IMG/VR virus record: IMGVR_UViG_3300032243_001044
Coordinates: 1 to 39,154 of that record
Reading direction: 5' to 3' (one strand)
Origin: a virus
Lineage: Duplodnaviria > Caudoviricetes
Length of the DNA stretch: 39,154 nucleotides
The position numbers and the translations under genes are program-made. The notes under the pieces are model-generated. The model was not told the origin of the DNA and made no database searches. It was given only the letters and a program-made list of their open reading frames with translations. Numbering within the stretch: the stretch's first letter is position 1; every line of letters starts with the position of its first letter. This document shows, in pieces, positions 35,223 to 39,154 of the stretch.

Positions 35223-37936
35223 TGAGACCAATAGATAAATTTATATTACACGTAGTTCATAATTTGAGTCCTTTGTTTGAGTACGAACAAAAACAAATGG
35301 ATATTCTTATTAATCATTATAAGCAAGAAGCTGATGACTTAAATATTAATATTACTGATAACCAATTAAAGGCTTATATTAAACGTTTTGACCAATTAAA
35401 AGCAGGTATTGTTTCTAAAGGCGGAACTGATTTACTTAGAAAAACAGTTAAGCAAGTTCCAGTAACAACACCAGATGGTGAAACTGTTACTAGAACAAAA
35501 AATGACTATGAAGTTATAGTTCCTTTATCTCAATTAATTAAAATAGTTACATCATCTAAAGGTGCTGAATCATCTGATGATGAAGACAAAACACCAGATG
35601 TAGTTTATCAAGATAATGGTATTACTATTTGGAATGGAACTAAAGAAAGTAACTGTATTAATTATGGTAGAGGTGAAAGTTGGTGTATAACTAGAACATC
35701 ATGGGCGGACCACCGTTATGATGAGGGTAGAGGATATCCAACATTCTATTTAGCTAAAAATTCTAATTTACCTGATAGTGATAGATTAAGTTTTGTTGTT
35801 ATTGCTGTTTTAGATCCTTCTATTGCTAATGAAAATAAACAATATGTTCTTCATAATAGAGATAACTCTCCTCATTATCCACCACCAACTACATTTGATA
35901 ATGTTTTAAACCAAGCACCATGGTTAAAAACTATTCCAGATATAAAGAATGTTTTAAAATATATTCCTTTATCAACTTCTGAGAAAACTTCTCAAGTTTA
36001 TAAAAACAAAGCAGCTACTGTTAGAGAATGGATTAATTTTCCATTTGAAGGTAAAAAACAATATTTAGTTGTTAGAAAAGGATCTGGACATTCTGGAAGA
36101 CAATTTTTTAGTGATATAAGCAATGATACTTTTGTAGAAAAATATTTATCTAAATATCCACAAATTGCTACTTTTATTGCTACTACTGCTGGTTTATTAC
36201 CAAGTTTAACATTAATTCAAAATCTAGATAAATTTTCAAATCAAGATGTTAAGTCAATCATATCAAATATGAGAGACAAAATTAATATAGAAAATTTACC
36301 TTCAGATGCTATTCCATTTGAAGTTAAAAAATTCTTAGTTAAATTTGATAAATGGGATTTAAATACATCTGATACTGCTGGTAATAGATTATATGTTACT
36401 AAAGACGGCTCTACTATTGTTAGATTAAAATTAGGTGATGACATTAGTATTGGTTTGTATCAAGCAGAAGATGATTACCCTAAAGTTAAATTAAATAAAC
36501 GCACATCAAAATACTTACTTGATTATCCAGAGTTGGATAAAATACCAATACGAAATTTAATTAAATTAGTACAGGATGAAATTATTGATAAAGATATATT
36601 AGATAAAATATTAGAACAAGCAAAAACAGATCCTGATTCTGCTATTGTTGTAAGAGGTAATATTATAGTAGATTCTAACTCATTTGCTTCATATAAAATT
36701 ACAAATGATAAAATTGAAAAATTACCATTTGATAATGAAGAAGTTCAAGCAATATTTGATGAACAAAAGGAAAATGAAGGATTCCAACAAAATGCTCTTG
36801 CATTGATTGATGAAAGAACACCTATCCCAGAAACTATAGATAAAGATGCTTTTATATCAATATTGAGAGCTACTCCATTAGAAAATAGAATTATTGACTA
36901 TGGTACTGGCACTTGTGTAGTATTAACTACTCAAAGCCCTGAACACCCAATAGTAGTTCAAAATAATAATCGTGGTGCTGATTCATTTCAAATTACAGCA
37001 TGGTATGGTGATAATGGAAACTGGAGAAGAAAAGGTGGATCTGGAGGTTTTAGTGATGATCCTGAAGTGTATAAATCAATATTTACATATTTAAGTCAAC
37101 AAGGAATAACATATAGCGATCAACAATTAATTAATAATTTTAATAGTGTTAGTAGAGCTTATAATCCTAGAGGTGTAATTAAAGCAATTGTCGAAGCAAA
37201 TATTCCTATGACTGATGGTAGTGTATACAAACCTATAATATATCAAGGTAAACCATATATTGTTAATACTCAAAATCCAAGAGCAAGCCATACAGTATCT
37301 GACCAAACAGGTAAATTAGTTAAAGCTAATATCCCTTCAGCATTAGCAGCTCAAATGTTAGGTAATGCAGCTCCACCAGCAATAGCTCAAGCAGCAGCAG
37401 CAACAACAGGTAGAAGAGGTAGACCAGCAGGTCAACTAAATGCTCCTCGCCCTGCAGCCGCTCCAGCAGCTCCAGGTGATATTAACGTTCGTGAAGTGAT
37501 GAGTGATACAGGATTAGAAACAGCATTTTTACGCTTACCAAGAATTATTTTAAGAAAATTAAATCGTACTGATGGTAGACGTGTAGATCCAAATGGTGAT
37601 AGAGGTGCTGCTCGTCGTAATAATCAATTAGGAGATAGAGGACGTGTAGGTAGAGTAATTCAGGTTGGTGGTAGTAAAATTTATTTTATTAGTCTACCTG
37701 GTGCGAGAATTGTAGCATCTATTAATGTACAACCAGGAAATAGTAACTACTTATTAGTAGGTAATGATGGTGGCAATGTTGCTATGTCATTAAATTCACC
37801 ATCAGATTTAGTACAAGCATTACAACAACGTGGATTGGCAGAACACCATAATTATCTTGTTCGTGAATTTTTAGATAATTATCCTGAACATAAAAATGAA
37901 GTTAAAAATATATTAAAACAACACTTAAATAAATAA
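35222..37936 (+). CDS. large hypothetical protein with YG.G.SWCI motif and C-terminal AT-hook-like RGRP
   Basis: 904 aa; NCINYGRGESWCIT; Ala/Pro linker around GRRGRP. Confidence 0.8.
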   Translation: MRPIDKFILHVVHNLSPLFEYEQKQMDILINHYKQEADDLNINITDNQLKAYIKRFDQLKAGIVSKGGTDLLRKTVKQVPVTTPDGETVTRTKNDYEVIVPLSQLIKIVTSSKGAESSDDEDKTPDVVYQDNGITIWNGTKESNCINYGRGESWCITRTSWADHRYDEGRGYPTFYLAKNSNLPDSDRLSFVVIAVLDPSIANENKQYVLHNRDNSPHYPPPTTFDNVLNQAPWLKTIPDIKNVLKYIPLSTSEKTSQVYKNKAATVREWINFPFEGKKQYLVVRKGSGHSGRQFFSDISNDTFVEKYLSKYPQIATFIATTAGLLPSLTLIQNLDKFSNQDVKSIISNMRDKINIENLPSDAIPFEVKKFLVKFDKWDLNTSDTAGNRLYVTKDGSTIVRLKLGDDISIGLYQAEDDYPKVKLNKRTSKYLLDYPELDKIPIRNLIKLVQDEIIDKDILDKILEQAKTDPDSAIVVRGNIIVDSNSFASYKITNDKIEKLPFDNEEVQAIFDEQKENEGFQQNALALIDERTPIPETIDKDAFISILRATPLENRIIDYGTGTCVVLTTQSPEHPIVVQNNNRGADSFQITAWYGDNGNWRRKGGSGGFSDDPEVYKSIFTYLSQQGITYSDQQLINNFNSVSRAYNPRGVIKAIVEANIPMTDGSVYKPIIYQGKPYIVNTQNPRASHTVSDQTGKLVKANIPSALAAQMLGNAAPPAIAQAAAATTGRRGRPAGQLNAPRPAAAPAAPGDINVREVMSDTGLETAFLRLPRIILRKLNRTDGRRVDPNGDRGAARRNNQLGDRGRVGRVIQVGGSKIYFISLPGARIVASINVQPGNSNYLLVGNDGGNVAMSLNSPSDLVQALQQRGLAEHHNYLVREFLDNYPEHKNEVKNILKQHLNK

Positions 37937-37938
37937 AG

Positions 37939-38151
37939 ATGAACATAGATTTATTACGCAAAATAGTTAAGGAAGTATTAGCTGAGGCTGAAACAGAAAC
38001 TAAACCAACAACTGCACCTCCAACTACAGCTCCAGGCAAACCAAAACCTCGTCGTCCATTAGGAAACCCTGATGTTAAGCCAAAACCAAAGGCAATGAAC
38101 GAAGATGAAATGTTAAACAAAATTGTAGCAAGATTTAAAGCTAAAAAATAA
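37939..38151 (+). CDS. small Pro/Thr/Lys-rich protein with LRKIVKEVLAE leader
   Basis: 70-aa ORF, TAATG-coupled to the next gene. Confidence 0.7.
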   Translation: MNIDLLRKIVKEVLAEAETETKPTTAPPTTAPGKPKPRRPLGNPDVKPKPKAMNEDEMLNKIVARFKAKK

Positions 38152-39154
38152 TGGCTAATTTAACAGAAGTAGAATACGAAAAGATATTTTCACCTAAGAC
38201 GCTTGCTTTATTAAAAAATAAATCAGGTGAATCTTTACGTCAAATGCTTGGTAGTAAAAATTTAATGACTGTGATGAGACAATCTCAAACTGTATTAAAT
38301 GAAATAATTACTGCTGAAGATGGATATCGTGATGAACTTGATATGGTAGCTACTCAAATGGTAACTGATGCTTATCCTATTATTGATTATGCAAACATCA
38401 AAATTGATGCTAAAATAGTTAATTTAAATGATTTGGATATTGATATGGGTGAACAAAATAATGAAGAAGATCCTACATTACCTGATTTTGGTAGTGATGA
38501 TCCTGAAAAATTAAAAGCTAAACGCCGTATTATTAATGGTATTACTCAAGGTGCTTCTATTAGAGGTGCTTTTGGATTTATGCTATTTAAAGAATATTTA
38601 GATGATATCAACCCAGAGTTAGTAGGTAAATACAATGAAATATTAAAATTAGCATTTGGTATTTATGATGATGAAAATGCTATTGCAATGTTATTAGCTG
38701 CATTAGCACAAGGTCAAAAACCACAAGGTGGTGAAAGTGAAATGGAATATGATGAGGAAAATGAACAATTTGTAATTAAAGCTCGTGCTATATGTTTTCC
38801 AATGCTTGTACATGAAATTGTAAAAGGATTATACGAAATTGTTGGTACTGAAGGATTTGGTGCTGATAAAGAAAAAAATCAAGCTATTGTAGGTGCTGTA
38901 GATAAATTGTCAAATGAACCACGTGATTTACAATATGGTAAATTTATATATGATGCTATAAGTAAAATATATAATGATAGTAATATTGATGATCCTCGTG
39001 TTCGTGAATTATTCTTTGCTGAATTATATAAAACACCAGATGCTGAGTTTTTTCCATTTATTGAAAATGCAATTAATGATGAATTAAAACCATTACAAAA
39101 GAAATGGGCTGCTGATACAATGAAGGACATAGCTAAGGATTTAACTAAAGACGA
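38151..39154 (+). CDS. hypothetical protein, truncated by the window end
   Basis: ATG 38151 (MANLTEVEYEK...KRRIINGITQG...FPMLVHEIVKGLYE...) open to the end; absent from the ORF track because no stop codon lies in the window. Confidence 0.85.
   Translation, partial: MANLTEVEYEKIFSPKTLALLKNKSGESLRQMLGSKNLMTVMRQSQTVLNEIITAEDGYRDELDMVATQMVTDAYPIIDYANIKIDAKIVNLNDLDIDMGEQNNEEDPTLPDFGSDDPEKLKAKRRIINGITQGASIRGAFGFMLFKEYLDDINPELVGKYNEILKLAFGIYDDENAIAMLLAALAQGQKPQGGESEMEYDEENEQFVIKARAICFPMLVHEIVKGLYEIVGTEGFGADKEKNQAIVGAVDKLSNEPRDLQYGKFIYDAISKIYNDSNIDDPRVRELFFAELYKTPDAEFFPFIENAINDELKPLQKKWAADTMKDIAKDLTKD

Noticed and set aside
3111-39130. Other short minus-strand or nested ORFs (3111, 9210, 10666, 14373, 14601, 25424, 26439, 27730, 32781, 33891, 34970, 36241, 37902, 38879)
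   Set aside because: All overlap well-supported + strand genes and show no recognisable motifs
1-39154. Stop-codon reassignment as seen in some large phages
   Set aside because: Coding density is already near complete under code 11; TAG and TGA end genes at sensible boundaries

Overview
AT-rich (except ~260-540), gene-dense 39-kb segment of a large T4-superfamily-like myovirus genome. All credible genes are on the + strand and use the standard code. Promoter architecture (TTTG-N20-TAnnTTYN) and A-rich leaders without Shine-Dalgarno point to a Bacteroidota host (inference). Gene order: GC-rich structured non-coding element; T5orf172 protein; gp55-like late sigma; possible small terminase; baseplate module (gp5-, gp25-, gp6-like); GH19 lysin; large Ser/Thr/Gly-rich structural proteins; an ~8-kb cassette of two Thr/Pro mucin-like stalk proteins flanking four glycan-modifying enzymes; GIY-YIG nuclease, primase and PD-(D/E)XK nuclease; then a block of proteins sharing an MIKL..L.E leader. 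The main candidate novel system is a phage-encoded mucin-type O-glycosylation/carbamoylation module (GT60-like polypeptide GlcNAc-transferase, GT-NodU/CmcH fusion, two HtrL/YibB-like proteins) inserted between the two halves of a split structural gene. A second candidate system is a capsid-targeting leader with L-x-E-cleaved polyprotein cargo (kinase, ART-like, nucleotidyltransferase, zincin, TraB-like). Family assignments come from motif recognition only; no database searches were run.
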